DNA from: Botryllus schlosseri
Lineage: Eukaryota
Length of the DNA: 64,000 bases
Direction: 5' to 3'
NCBI GenBank assembly: GCA_051294905.1
Contig: CM119380.1
Coordinates: 1,860,001-1,924,000 of the forward strand
Shown: positions 48,750-61,002 of the stretch, one piece after another
How the letters are laid out: each line of letters opens with the position of its first letter
Position numbering within the stretch: position 1 is the stretch's first letter
Translations under genes and position numbers: made by a program
Notes under the pieces: generated by a model
Seen by the model: the letters and a program-made list of their open reading frames with translations, nothing else
Database searches by the model: none
Told to the model about the DNA's origin: nothing

Positions 48750-50258
48750 CTAATATCTAAAAGCATTGATGCCCTCTGTGTTTCTGCTAATCCATTCGGC
48801 GATCATGGTTTCCATATTAATCTTGTCTACCATCTCAGAATGGACATTCAAGATTGAGCATGAGTTAAGACGGTGCTGTGACATTGTCGATCGCAGGTAC
48901 GTCTTCAATCGACGCAATGTGCTAACTGTACGCTCAGCTTCACACGTCGTACAGGGAAGTGACAAATTAATGCGCGCATGCCTAGCTAGATTCGGGAATA
49001 CATCAACCAGTGTACGATTGTTCGCAAATACTTTAAAGCAATCCACTGGACACTTTGCGTACACATGAGTGACAATGAACTGATCAAGTTCCCGTTCCAA
49101 ATCTTTCAGGCAAATATCTCCTTCATAAAATTCGCAAACAGTGCTAATGTCATTTTTGTCAGCACGAAAACTCAAAATCGGCTCAAGCTGTATCGCTATT
49201 CCAATGTCTTCAGAGTCATATCTACTCAAAAGAATTTCACTACTCTTTGAAAAGACATCATGGTAAGTATGACGGAAGAAATCATCCACAGAATGTTGTT
49301 GGTCAGAGTTTTGTGAGTGTATTCGGCTCCGTGCGCGCGGAACGGAAGGTAATCGTAATTTTAATTTTCGTGCTTCGCCAGATACCTTGTAAAAAATTGC
49401 ACTGGCATTCTCAGTTGATGCCCCGTCACCAATGAGGACGCGAGACAGATTAGAAATCAATTGCCTGGCCAAAAATAGTGAAATCGTGGAACTTTGTATT
49501 GCTTTGTGAACAGAGTGGAAAGTGTTTACCAGCCGTTGAAGTAACCGCAGATGAAAGTAGGTAGACAACTTTTCCAATTGCATCAAGTTAACAAGATTGA
49601 TTTGATGCCCCATACAATAAACGTACGTAGCTTTTGGAGCAACTCGCTTAATTCTAGCCTGTACTCCATTAATGCGTCTTTTCATATTTGCTGCCCCGTC
49701 ATAAGCCTGGCCACAACATCTTTCTAAGCTCAATCCCAAAGAGGCCAAACAATCCTGAATCGTGTTACTTAGTGTTTCAGAATCACATTTCGGTGTGTTA
49801 CAAAATCCTAAAAACACCTCTTTTGTAACCCAATCGCTATCCACATAGCGAGCGCAGAGCGAAACCGGCTCCTTTATTGTGATGTCTGATGTTTCATCAG
49901 CGATTATAGAATAATATCCTGAACCAGATTTTTCAATATCTTTGACAATTTGTCGCAGAATTGTGTGCGAGGCAAGGTCCAAAATTTCGTTAGGAATATC
50001 ATGACTTAGCCATTTCTTCCTTGTACTTTCATCCATCCATTTTTGTACGTAGTCCACATGTTTACCAAGTAATTTCAATATTTGCACGAGATTAGAATTT
50101 TCATCACTGTGGCCGCGAATGGGAAGGCCCTTTCGCCCACACACTATAACGGAGTCAAATATAGCACGCAAAGCCTTGGCATTTTCTTTTGCACGCGGCA
50201 TTTTCTTTTGCACGCGATGCAGATGGCCCTTTAAGATTTGCAATGACACATGCACCAC
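48750..50258 (-). pseudogene. hAT transposase core (DUF4371, DDE, C-terminal dimerisation domain), probably internally deleted
   Basis: GLPIRGH, SIIADETSD, GQAYDGAANM, YVYCMGHQINL, TTCEAERTVSTLRRLKTYLRSTM. The region after CxxH appears shortened. Confidence 0.9.
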
Positions 50259-51474
50259 TGTCGATGCGTTTCTTCACACTGCGAATTTTTTCATGTCATT
50301 GAAATCAGAAAAGACAACACTTTTTTCGTCAAAAAAGATCCCACGTAAAATGTCCTAGATGTTGTCGATTGTGCTTTACATTTAGGTGTTTCCGTAATTA
50401 GGTGTTTCCGATCTAGGTGATACCTCACTGCGGCCTGATATAGAATACTAAATAATCCGGCGTACATGTCGAGTCGACCTCTTGTTGACCTCGAAATAAC
50501 ACTAAAACCACCTGGTGTACTCGACGACATGTAAAACTGTTCGAATCCCGCATGGAACATTTTATTATAAACGGAAAAATGAACGTGCAAAGAAATCAAC
50601 AATTAAACGCAATGAAATAGAAGGCAAGAAATAGGACTTGCATCAGCATAAATCAGAGCCGAATTTTTCAATTTAGAATTACAAAAAAAACTAATTACAG
50701 AATTTGGATCATGTAACATACTTAGTACAAGTACTCCAAAGTACTATACTCAATAAACAAATGTGGTGAGAAACTTAACCTCACAGGATTTGTACGATGT
50801 GAAGTACTACTCAAAAAACGATAGTGAGAAACCCGGAAAAAGTCTTATTGTGGAGCAGATTGTTGAAATCTTAGAAATCAGCCAATCTGGTAGACAAATA
50901 TTGAGCACTTTTGTCACCTATTACCACATGTTGGACGAAAGCCAGAAGCTGAAAATCCTTTGGATATGATAGGTCCCAGGCATAATAGCATGCCATAATA
51001 TTAATTAGCATGTCAAAGACCGTATCGTATTCTTGGCAAGAAATTTGGTGGCCATCAGTCCTGGATCTTGCCATTTTCGTGCTTGGCAACAACCAAATGT
51101 GGAGGGTGTGATCGTCTGCAGTTGATTTCAGTATCTTGAGCCTGAAATGGAAGTATTTTTTAAAAATTCAAACAATGCATACGGCTGTCAACAACAGGGG
51201 TAACATCTCTACACCAGTAATTCACCAAGTTATTTAGACATGCCACACAATAAATGTAAAATTTCACGCCCCCTTATCGTCATGTCACGAAAGTCGATTG
51301 CATGGAACGTTATGACTGTTAATGATAAAATTCTCAAGTATTAAATCCGGAGTATACACAGAACAATATGAATTGTACGTATATGGCGAGAAGCGAGAAA
51401 ACTTTTTTTTGTTGACCACTGCTTTCCACCCCCTTCATATGCTTTCATGCCCCTCAGTTTAAGAGAGAGATATG

Positions 51475-51718
51475 ATATTATTTTACGCCTGCACCATCGG
51501 AGATGCTTCGACGACAAAGTTGCGATACGAGCGCGAGGTCATCTAGTCTGCGCCCCTGTTTGTTTTCCCCTCCATGCTATCCGTGATTGCTGAGCGCCTA
51601 GCAGGAAAGCTGCGGATACCAATTTTCCAGTCTTTGGTATGACCCGGCCGGGTCGGGGATCAAACCCACGACCTACCGATCGAGAACCCGGACGCATAAC
51701 CATTACACTATCTCGCTC
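51475..51718 (-). mobile_element. tRNA-headed V-core-type SINE
   Basis: Minus strand: A-box-like tagtgtaatgg, B-box-like gggtttgatcccc, then cataccaaagactggaaaattggtatccgcagct..gctaggcgctcagca. Confidence 0.75.
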
Positions 51719-52132
51719 ACCACTGCCGCACAGTCAGCTGCATGTATCAGTGATTGGCATCATTATATAAACGTAGTTATGATCAAGTACCTGTTCCACT
51801 GACAATGCAGATACTGTGGACTTCTTTTCAGAGTTCAGGCTGGCGTCGGTCTTCTTCCACTTGACTCTGCCATCGGCGAGTTGCGATTGTACTTTCAGAT
51901 TTTTCAGTTGATCATTCACACTGAACTGAAAAACAAAAAATCGAGAAGTTATTATCAATCAGTTCTAAATCATAATAGCTTTGCAAGTCCCAATTTACCT
52001 TAAATATCTTATCCAAGGTATGCATCATTTTTGTGTAATTAGTTCTCATCTCATCAATTGTAGTTGGTGCAATCAACTTCCAGAAATCTTCCCTGACCTG
52101 TAAAAATACGAGTTTTTCCATTATTATATTAA

Positions 52133-52622
52133 AGGGGCACTGCGCTCTAAAAATGATGTGATCTCAAATTGAAGGTAAAAACGAACAAAAATTTTTGGCC
52201 GCAGCCATTTCTTTCAGAACGCCACCGTGATGGAGCTGTAATGTATTGAAATTTCTACAAGGCCAGCTGGCGCGGCTGCTTAAGCCGTTACATGGCACGA
52301 TATCATCACCGTCGCACTTGCTCGACGCGATTAGGCAGTCACGCAGAGAACGAATTTTAGATAGTTGTCAGCCGATGTTATGAAGGAAATGTGTCTAAGT
52401 TTCGTTCTCTGCGTGACTGCCTTATCGCGTCGAGCAAGTGCGACGGTGAAGACATCGTGCCATGTAACGGGTGAAGCACCCGCGGCAGCTGGTCCTGTAG
52501 AAATTTCAATAAATTGCAGCTCCATTACGGTGGCGTTCTGAAGTAAATAGCTGCGGCCAAAAAATTTTGTTCGTATTTACCTTCAATTTGAGACCACATC
52601 ATTTTTAGAGCACAGTGCCCCT
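52133..52622. mobile_element. Kolobok-type MITE (490 bp, ~150-bp TIRs)
   Basis: ttaa|aggggcac ... gtgcccct|ttaa (TTAA at 52129-52132 and 52623-52626), with long near-perfect inverted arms. Confidence 0.85.
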
Positions 52623-53039
52623 TTAAGAACTATCACTATATTCTTTGTGGTCGTATAAAAGGCACATAATTCCTACCCCAAATCATTCATGTTGTGACAT
52701 CAGAATGAGTGATACAGGAATACAAGTCTCGACCGTAATACTCAATTCAGAGTCAATACACTGACGCGCACTCGATATCGCAGAGGCCTAATGATAAATC
52801 ATACATGCGCTCACCAGTCTGATATCGCCCAAGGTTGGGAACGTTTGCAGAATTTCATTGAGAGGGATCCCTTTTTTCGTTAGCTGAGCACGCCGGTGTC
52901 CGTACAATTGTTTGAAAAGAGTCACGATTTTCTGCCAGTTGCAGTCCTCGTTGTCAAATTAGTTTTGCAGCTGACGAGTCGCTTCTCCAACAGTCAACTT
53001 GAATCCACCTGTGTGTGTAAATATTAGTTTAACTACTCT

Positions 53040-53225
53040 GTAATTTAAACCGACGCACATCACCGGACTACTTCTATTTACTCGCAGTACAAACTACGTT
53101 GTAATTTAAACCGGCGCACATCACCGGACTACTTCTATATACTCGCAGTGCAAACTACGTTGTAATTTAAACCAGCGCACATCACCGGACTACTTCTATA
53201 TACTTGCAGTACAAACTATGTACTT
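53040..53225. repeat. 61-bp tandem repeat x3 (further ~1.7 units at ~54185-54285)
   Basis: gtaatttaaacc..cgcacatcaccggactacttctat at 53040, 53101 and 53162. Confidence 0.93.
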
Positions 53226-54664
53226 CTATACCCACATTACATACTATTTAGTAATTTACCTGACACGGAAGCGTTTTTGAAGGAAGGAGGACGTTGTCTG
53301 AGCGCTCTCAATTTCTGAGACAGTTTCGTGTTGATATTTTTCTAGAAAAAAATGAGATGATCAGTGCAAATGAATTTAGACCAATGAGACCAGTTAACTT
53401 TACCCAGGGGGGGGGGGGGTTCTGTAAGGTAGATCCTAAGCACAGATACTTTTCCACGAGTGCCGTCCCAAACTTTCGATATGATACCTGTTCCACTGAC
53501 AATGCAGATACTGTGGACTTCTTTTCAGAGTCCATGCTGGCGTCGGTCTTCTTCGACTTTACTCTGCCATCGGCGAGTTGCGATTGTACGTTGAGCAGAT
53601 TTTTCAGTTGATCATTCACATTGAACTGAAAAACAAAAAATCCAGAAGTTATTATCAATCAGTTCCAAATCATATTAGCTCTGCAAGTCCCAATTTACCC
53701 TGAATATCTTACAATGTATGCATCATTTTTGCATAATTCCTACCCCACATCATTCATGTTGTGACATCAGAATGTGTGATACAGGAATACTAGTCTCGAC
53801 CGTAATACTCAATTCAGAGTCAATACACTGACCCGGACTCGATATCGCAGTGGCCTAGTGATAAATCATACATGCACTCACCAGTCTGATATCACCCAAG
53901 GTAGGGAACGTTTGAAGAATTTCATTGAGAGGGATCACTTTCTACATTAGCTGAGCACACCGGTGTCCGTACAATTGCTTGAAAAGAATCACGATTTTCT
54001 GCCAGTTGCAGTCCTCGTTGTCAAATTCCTTTTGCAGCTGACGAGTCGCTTCTTTAACAGTCAATTTGAATCAACCTGAATGTGTAATTATTTGTGACAC
54101 AATACTCAAGATGGCTTGGTGCTACCGAAAACAGGGTCTGGTCTAATTTCCTACCCACAACGCTCTATTCCCATGAACAATGCCGGTTTACTTCTATACC
54201 CACAGTACTAACTACGTTGTAATTAAACCGGCGCACATTACCGGACTACTTCTATATACTCACAGTACAAACTATGTTGTAATTAGGAGATCTGACGTCA
54301 TTCTCTAAAAACAATGGAACAATTTTGAACGTAACATCAATATGACAGAAAATCCCCATCGTTACAAGCAGTACACATGTCCAACATGCCTCGTCATTAC
54401 AAACTGCTGGTCATCAATAATATTATGACTGATTTGAGGCCACTGAAATTCATGACCAGAAATGCAGTACAACCCACAGATATTGCTATGTCTAATAACG
54501 AATGAATTCATTGTGAAATTGAAAGTACAAACATCCAGTTTATGGTAGTTGCAAAATAATTGATCATTTACATACAACAGTTTATCAATAAAAATAAATT
54601 CTGGTAAGCCATCATCTTTGAGCCTTTCAACGAGGGCGCGACAGGACTTTCAACGACCTGTGAT

Positions 54665-54850
54665 CAATGTTCCCTCTAATTTTTGACGGGTCTGCGCACA
54701 CTGACCAACTCACTGCGCAGACCCTTGGAAAACAGTGTCTAACGACTAAAAAAAAGGTCATCACTTCGGATTTTTTGTGCGCAACGTAGATTTTCTGTGC
54801 GCAGAGACCTTGAAAGTACTGCGCATTTGCGCAGCTTAGAGGGAACATTG
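54665..54850. mobile_element. 186-bp hAT MITE
   Basis: Perfect TIR caatgttccctcta/tagagggaacattg; TSD cctgtgat (54657-54664, 54851-54858); tgcgca repeats. Confidence 0.95.
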
Positions 54851-55863
54851 CCTGTGATGATTGACCACACTCCATATAACCTCTAATGAGCTATTTCCAC
54901 TAGTAGTTTCATCGAGCATATCACTCAAATCTAATTCTGTTCGAATCTTATGACGTCTCCGGCAATGATTTTTCAACTGATGATGATCGTGAAACACTAT
55001 TCCACAGAGCTCTCATGTATAAATCAGACTCGGATGGTCCTTGTGACGTTTTGTAATATGATCTGAACTCCCAACGAACGGGCACAGCCAACATGATTTT
55101 TCATTTGACATTCACGACACTCTATAATATAATTACTTCGAGACAAAATGCAAAGAAAAACATTCTAGATCACAATTCGTAACACCATTTAACCCCCTAC
55201 AAGATGCATCGATCACAACTGCTCACTAAATTGTGTAGCTTCGATTCTAGATCACGGCTCATGCTCCAAGTTGAATATTCTAGTACCACTCATTATGACA
55301 CCATGACAGAATGTAAATTGACAAGATTCAAAGCTTTTTACTATGTTTGGTACGCTGCTATACGGCCAATCAATGCTAACACAGTAGAATAAAGTATCGC
55401 AACTTCAATTCCAGTTGAAAAATTGACACCGGTACTCATGGCGAAGAGCGTCTCATACTTGAAAATATCGTCTTTTACCACTACACTTGAAGTCAGTAAA
55501 ATTGATACCGGTACTCATTCAAAATTCGCGTACTATAATCATTGTGCCCAGCCCTAATCGCTAGTTACGCAATGTTACAAGTTTTAAAGCGGAGAGCTAT
55601 ATACAGTTATAGCTGCGTTATAACAGGGCATATTGCGTAAGGTATGCGTGAGCTATATACAGATTATGGTCGTACTTTATATCAGATATCTATATAACAG
55701 GGTACATTAATGCTAAAGCTATTTACCTACCTTCCAATTTCTTGATATGACGCGATGCAACGCCGTTACTCTCCAAGAAAGTTTTGAAATCTGCAGCACA
55801 ACCAGTTCCTGTCATCTTCCCAGTACGTTGAATCGTAAAAGAGCGAGACGGGGAACACAGAAC

Positions 55864-56334
55864 TTACGCAAAGCGGAAAAAAAGAGAAATTTTCTCTATA
55901 GCGCCTAGCTTTTTTCGCGGCCATGCGCTGAAAGCTCTCCTTTGTGATGCCTCAAGCGGATAATTTCGCGATTCTGGGATCTCAAATCGGCAGTGCACAT
56001 CTGTGCAATCCTTGTGAGGCCGACTATCCGCGTGCTTTTTCATAGCAGCCTTTCCGCGACGCCAAAGATTGAATCCCGAGATCCAGGAATTTGATTTTCC
56101 ACATAAGGCTGATCTGGTTGACGGAGGTGCCTTATTATTTTCCATTACCCATGAACAGATGGAACATGTGACAAAATCACTATCGGCATTGTAGACAAGC
56201 CACGGAAAATCCGTCTGCCAATGTATCTGGTACGATCTGCCTCTGGCATTTTCAGTATCTTTGGTTACTGTGGTCGAACCGTCCAATTCTGAATCTCGGA
56301 GAGTATCATGAAATTCTATAGTTGCACAATGCAA
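55864..56334 (-). pseudogene. N-terminal TTF-type zinc finger segment of the same hAT element
   Basis: YQIHWQTDFPWLVY..VTCSIC, SGFNLW..KKHADSRPH; lies inside the 48440-57100 TIRs on the same strand as the core. Confidence 0.75.
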
Positions 56335-57641
56335 CTCTCCAGTTGAGCCATCGAATTCTGCAGTTGCGCTTTCTGATTCTGCTTCTAATTCTGTGTTATC
56401 AATGTTTACCGCCTGTACATGATCGTCCTGATTTTCAGTTGAAGAAATCCCTTCAAATCAGACTGGCGAAGCTTCTTTTTCGGTGGCATAGTACTTCCTG
56501 CCGACCCTGCGCTATCACTAATATACTGTCGGCTCAATCGGTCTAAGAAAGTCGGAAGCTTCGTAGGCACTGAGCTTTATAAACAGCGGATATATCTCTT
56601 TGAGACTCGTATCAATGTTGCCAATTAAGCTCGTGGCGTTTCGATGTCAATTTTTTGTTCACTATTGAACAATAATGATCATCGCTAATCATACACGTAA
56701 CGCCATTATCTCTAAACGATTGTCGAATGTTATAGATAGGCGCCAAAGCCTGCGAGGCCCGATACGCGATAGTTCATGCCAGCGACGATGTGTTGCGCAC
56801 CAGGCCTATTACCGATGCGATTACTCAGGCCAACCATTATATCGCGTGCACCATCCCTGCTGGAGATGCAACTGTTTAGGCCAGTGATTATATCTTGAGC
56901 ACATTGCCTGTTGTTGACACAATAAATTAGCGAGGTTTGCGGGCGCGTGTAAAAATCAAAACCTGATACGCACGACGGCACGAGTGCAAATGGCAAACCA
57001 ACTAAGCAGGAGATCACTTGCTTTGTCACATTATGACGTCATCCCTTTGTGACGTCATCGAACCCGCATGCCTAAGGAAAATTAGCGTTCGGCGCCTATG
57101 GCCGTAGCTATTAGTTTTTCTCGCTATGCTGCATTCGGCAGCTCAACATTAGGCGCGTCTTTCAATAAAAGCAGCCGTCGTACGAAGCGCTCAGAACGAA
57201 CTGAATTATAAAGCACAACCAAACGTAGGCTCGCTCCACCGTAGGTAACACGCACTAGGTAAATAACTAGAATGAACAAAATCAAGCCGGTTTGAACCTC
57301 TTCGGCTTGCGTTTCATACGACCACTCGAAGTTCGCTTTACAACATCATCCCCCGGACTTACTTCAGAGTTAGTCAGAACCGGTTCCTGCTTCAGAACCG
57401 GTTCCTGCTTAACAGACATTGTTGATCTCTTCGGGAAAAATATCATTCAGTACATCTGGACTCAAATCCATCGATTCCAGAATACGAAGTATTTACACAG
57501 GGCGACAAATCATTCAGTACATCTGGACTCAAATCCATCGATTCCAGAACACGAAGTATTTGCACAGGGCGACAAATGATTGCCTTCTGTGTTTTCACCT
57601 GTGCGGTTCTGACCAAACGTCTTTACCAGAAAAGATATCAG

Positions 57642-58898
57642 CAGGCCGTGTTATTTTTGGCATTTCAGGAGCCAGATGCCAAAACTGCCAAAAATAAAAA
57701 TTTGAAAATGCCAAAAATAAGCAATTTTTGGCATATGCCAAAAATAAGACGGCCTGCCAAATAGTGTATTTCGTTCATGGTGTTGTGTTAACAGGACCTC
57801 GTTACAAGCTAGAAGAGAGTTTGTGAAAGGCAGGTTTCTTAATCTGGGTCCAGCCCACCCATTAGAGGTGAAAGCATGGTGTCCTAAATGGTCTGGGCAC
57901 ATGCAGCGAGATTGAACGGCTGACTGCATTTGCTTTACGTCATATTTTCCATTTGTCCAAAGGCAATTTTACGAGCATTTTTGACCGGCTTGTCGAGCGC
58001 TAAATTTGATAAAACGGGTGGGTATCAATGAGAAGCTGCCGCAGTACTGATTATTAAAATATAAATTATATTCTGCTCATGGAACTGGAACCCCAAAATC
58101 AACCACGATTTTTGCATTGTGATCGAGTTGAACATTGTGACGCAACAAACTGTCTGGCTATTTCTGAGCTGCATAGTCTCGTTTTGCCAGACAGGACTCC
58201 AGGACTCTTCCATGCGAGTTGGTAATATTAACGCCACCTGAAGTGACAAAAGTCCTCTGAAAATATATCGGTAGACTGCAGGAGAAATGATAGTCGGGCT
58301 ACTAAATAGAATGTGTCGTGAGACAACACAGGAAACTCCTGGAAAAGGTTCGGCCGGTTCGGCCCTCCAAAGATTTTGAAGCTCTGAAAACCTTTTGTGG
58401 ATGACTGGCAACATTCTTTCCCTCAACGGCTACTGTTGAAGCCGATATTTCCCAGATTCGTTGGGCGAGAAATGAATTTAGGAGAAACTTAGCTGACCTG
58501 ATTTTGTAAGCACTGTTACAGTGCAAACGATTTATGTCTATTCAACAGCTGTGACAATCAGCTGTTGAGCGTGTTTGTCAGGCTTGTTTTTTTTTCGTAT
58601 TGGCACCGATTCCGATGGATACTGCACATTTTGTGGTTTCGTTTGATATTATTATTAACCTATGAAATCGTTAGGTTTTTTCTTCTTATTGTTTGTTGGC
58701 ACTGATTATACGTGGATGCTGCACATTTTGTGGTGTCTTTTGACAAACTAGCCCAAATAAAGCGTTTCTGTGACTAATTCGAGGCTGAAACTATCTATTT
58801 AGAGGACGATGCCAAAACTGCCAAAAATAAAAATCGAAAAATGCCAAAAATAAGTTATTTTTGGCAGTTTTGGCATTTGCCAAAAATAACACGGCCTG
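57642..58898 (+). mobile_element. hAT family B composite element, copy 2
   Basis: Same termini as 17787-19138; own TSD gatatcag (57634-57641, 58899-58906); colinear interior. Confidence 0.95.
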
Positions 58899-59799
58899 GA
58901 TATCAGTGACACGACCAAGGGGTCATTTTGGTCGCGACGTGTTTTGTTCAGTGACGAACAAACGACGTCACCAATCTTGAATGACGATTCTTCTCTCTTG
59001 AAGTAAGCTCTGTAGATATCGGAAACGTTTATTCCGTCCGATAGTTTATTGACTCGGCGTGATTGGTGTCGGATACAAAGGATTAGACCAGTAGTAAGCT
59101 AGAGGACGCTGATTAAGAGCCGTCAGTATTATGTAAACTCGGTATAAGCGCAGCAGGGCATTCCCCAAAATCTTTCGTGGAGGCTCTTTCTAACTTCTGT
59201 TCATCCTCTCCCAATATGCTCCTCTGAACGGTCTTCTCTGGGTGATAAATCTCCGAATCTCCGTTTTCTGCCATGAATCGCTCAATCTTCGGCAATCTCC
59301 GCGAATAACTTGCCGGCGAATGTCATTTCAGCAATTTCTTGGCCTTCTTGAACGTTAGCGTTGTCTGATTTGATTGTCTTGCACCAGGCTCGTCTGAAAA
59401 AATTCGTCGCAGCAGCTTCACCAGAGCCGCTACCGGACGACGCGCCATCCGTAGCTGGAGATGCCGGGAATTCGAACGCCCGCCGCAGCAGCTTCACTAG
59501 AACCACTAACAAATGCCGCGTCATACGTAGCTGCCGATACCGAACCTCAAGGAGGATCACGACTAAACTACAGCCGAAGCTTCGCCAATCGTTCGGTATC
59601 CATTATTGATACCAGTTTCTGCACGCAATCACCAAGAACTACACACCAAGAACTACAAAGACGTCTCTCCACAAATCGTTGCCATGCGCAAAAACATGCG
59701 TGCTATCGAATGGCAGCAGCAGAAGGTAATAGAGCAATCAAACGTCAGCAGCAGAAGGTAATAGAGCAGTCAAACGACGGCAAAGAATTCACGTCTAGT

Positions 59800-59960
59800 T
59801 AGGACACAGCCGGCAAGGGAGGAGGTGAATCCACCTGAAGGGACACAGCGGAAAGGCAGGAGGTGAATCCTCCACCTGAAGGGACACAGCCGACAAGGGA
59901 GGAGGTGGATCCTCCTCCTGTAGGGACACAGCAGACAAGGCAGGAGGTGGATTCTCCTCC
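59800..59960. repeat. ~39-42-bp tandem repeat x4
   Basis: ggacacagc at 59802, 59841, 59882 and 59924. Confidence 0.9.
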
Positions 59961-60269
59961 CGAATAGTTACATCACATGTGTCAGGACGAATAGCCACTG
60001 CCTTATTATAAGTGGATAGATCTTATCAACACACTAATTCTTCAAATTATAACCAGTTCAAAATGCAGTAGTATAGAAAATACAAAAAACTTCGTATTTC
60101 AACTGAATATTGCATACCGGTACCGAGCTTATTGATAAAAATGACTTTCCAACGCAAATACACGAATGAAGAAATCGCCGAGGTTTTGCCAAGATATAGC
60201 GAAAAAGCCATCAACGAAACACCAGTATGGAATTCCGTCCTTCATCAACTTTACGGAAAGAATATCGTT

Positions 60270-60550
60270 CAAGAATAGAAAGGGCCTATGTCCATTTTTC
60301 ACAATTTCACCTTTTTCGATTTTTCTAGTATATTGATACAGCTCTTTCTGATGGCAGTGGCACTTTTTCATAAAATTCGTCGACATAGGCCAAATACTTT
60401 TGGATTACATTTAGGCCAATACTTTTGGATTACATTTAGGACAAATACTTTTGGATTACATTTGAGAATAGAAGGGGCCTATGTCCAAATCCTGGACATA
60501 GGCCTTTTCCATCACCACCCATCCAATTGAAAATTGGACATAGGCCCAGC
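60270..60550. repeat. Cluster of direct and inverted gcctatgtcc motifs plus a 25-bp triplet; possible left terminal region of the Sola-like element
   Basis: gggcctatgtcca twice, acataggcc three times, aatacttttggattacattt three times. Confidence 0.55.
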
Positions 60551-61002
60551 CCATTTCACATAGCAATCAATGTATTGCAGTGGAGGTTTTGTGATGGACA
60601 ATCCATTTTTCTCTTTAGTTTTATGAATAATAATGAGCATTGTCGAGTTACAGAATGTGACTGAGCCTGAGCCTACAGTTCATTCTTAGCTAAGCTGGAT
60701 CGAAATTGGAGCTTCATAATCATTTTTGGTTAGAAGTTCAGTTGTATTTCTTATACAACATCACAGGCAGATACAACATCACAGGCAGGCTACCTGGTTG
60801 CAGTAAGTGATTAGACTAGACCTATAAAGCCCCAGCTTCTTAGTGTTTATGCTGCCATGCGTTTAGACAGTTGGTGTGCAAGACACAGTACCGGTGTATA
60901 AAGGATAGGCTCATACTTGATGTGGAATATCTGAATTTTTCACTGACAGATCCTATATATGAGTGAAAGAGCGTCATATAATTTATAAAACTACATAACA
61001 AG

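Larger units (their letters stand above)
50850..55130 (-). pseudogene. EnSpm/CACTA-like relic: transposase ends plus a spliced SAMD3-like accessory gene, partly duplicated
   Basis: C2H2 CGIVFHDHHQLKNHCRRRH (~54940-55010); DGLPEF...FVMTRH (54362-54620); LYGHRRAQL..NEILQTFPTL; CYYAWDLSYPK..LAFVQ. GT-AG exons at 51791-51925, 51999-52097 and 53488-53625. Confidence 0.6.
48440..57100 (-). mobile_element. 8661-bp hAT element with internal cargo and insertions
   Basis: Perfect 14-bp TIR cataggcgccgaac/gttcggcgcctatg; perfect TSD gccgtagc (48432-48439, 57101-57108). Confidence 0.93.

Noticed and set aside
51640-51718. tRNA-like A/B boxes
   Set aside because: They continue into a SINE core that has a second copy at ~47.5 kb; no complete cloverleaf with acceptor stem was seen.
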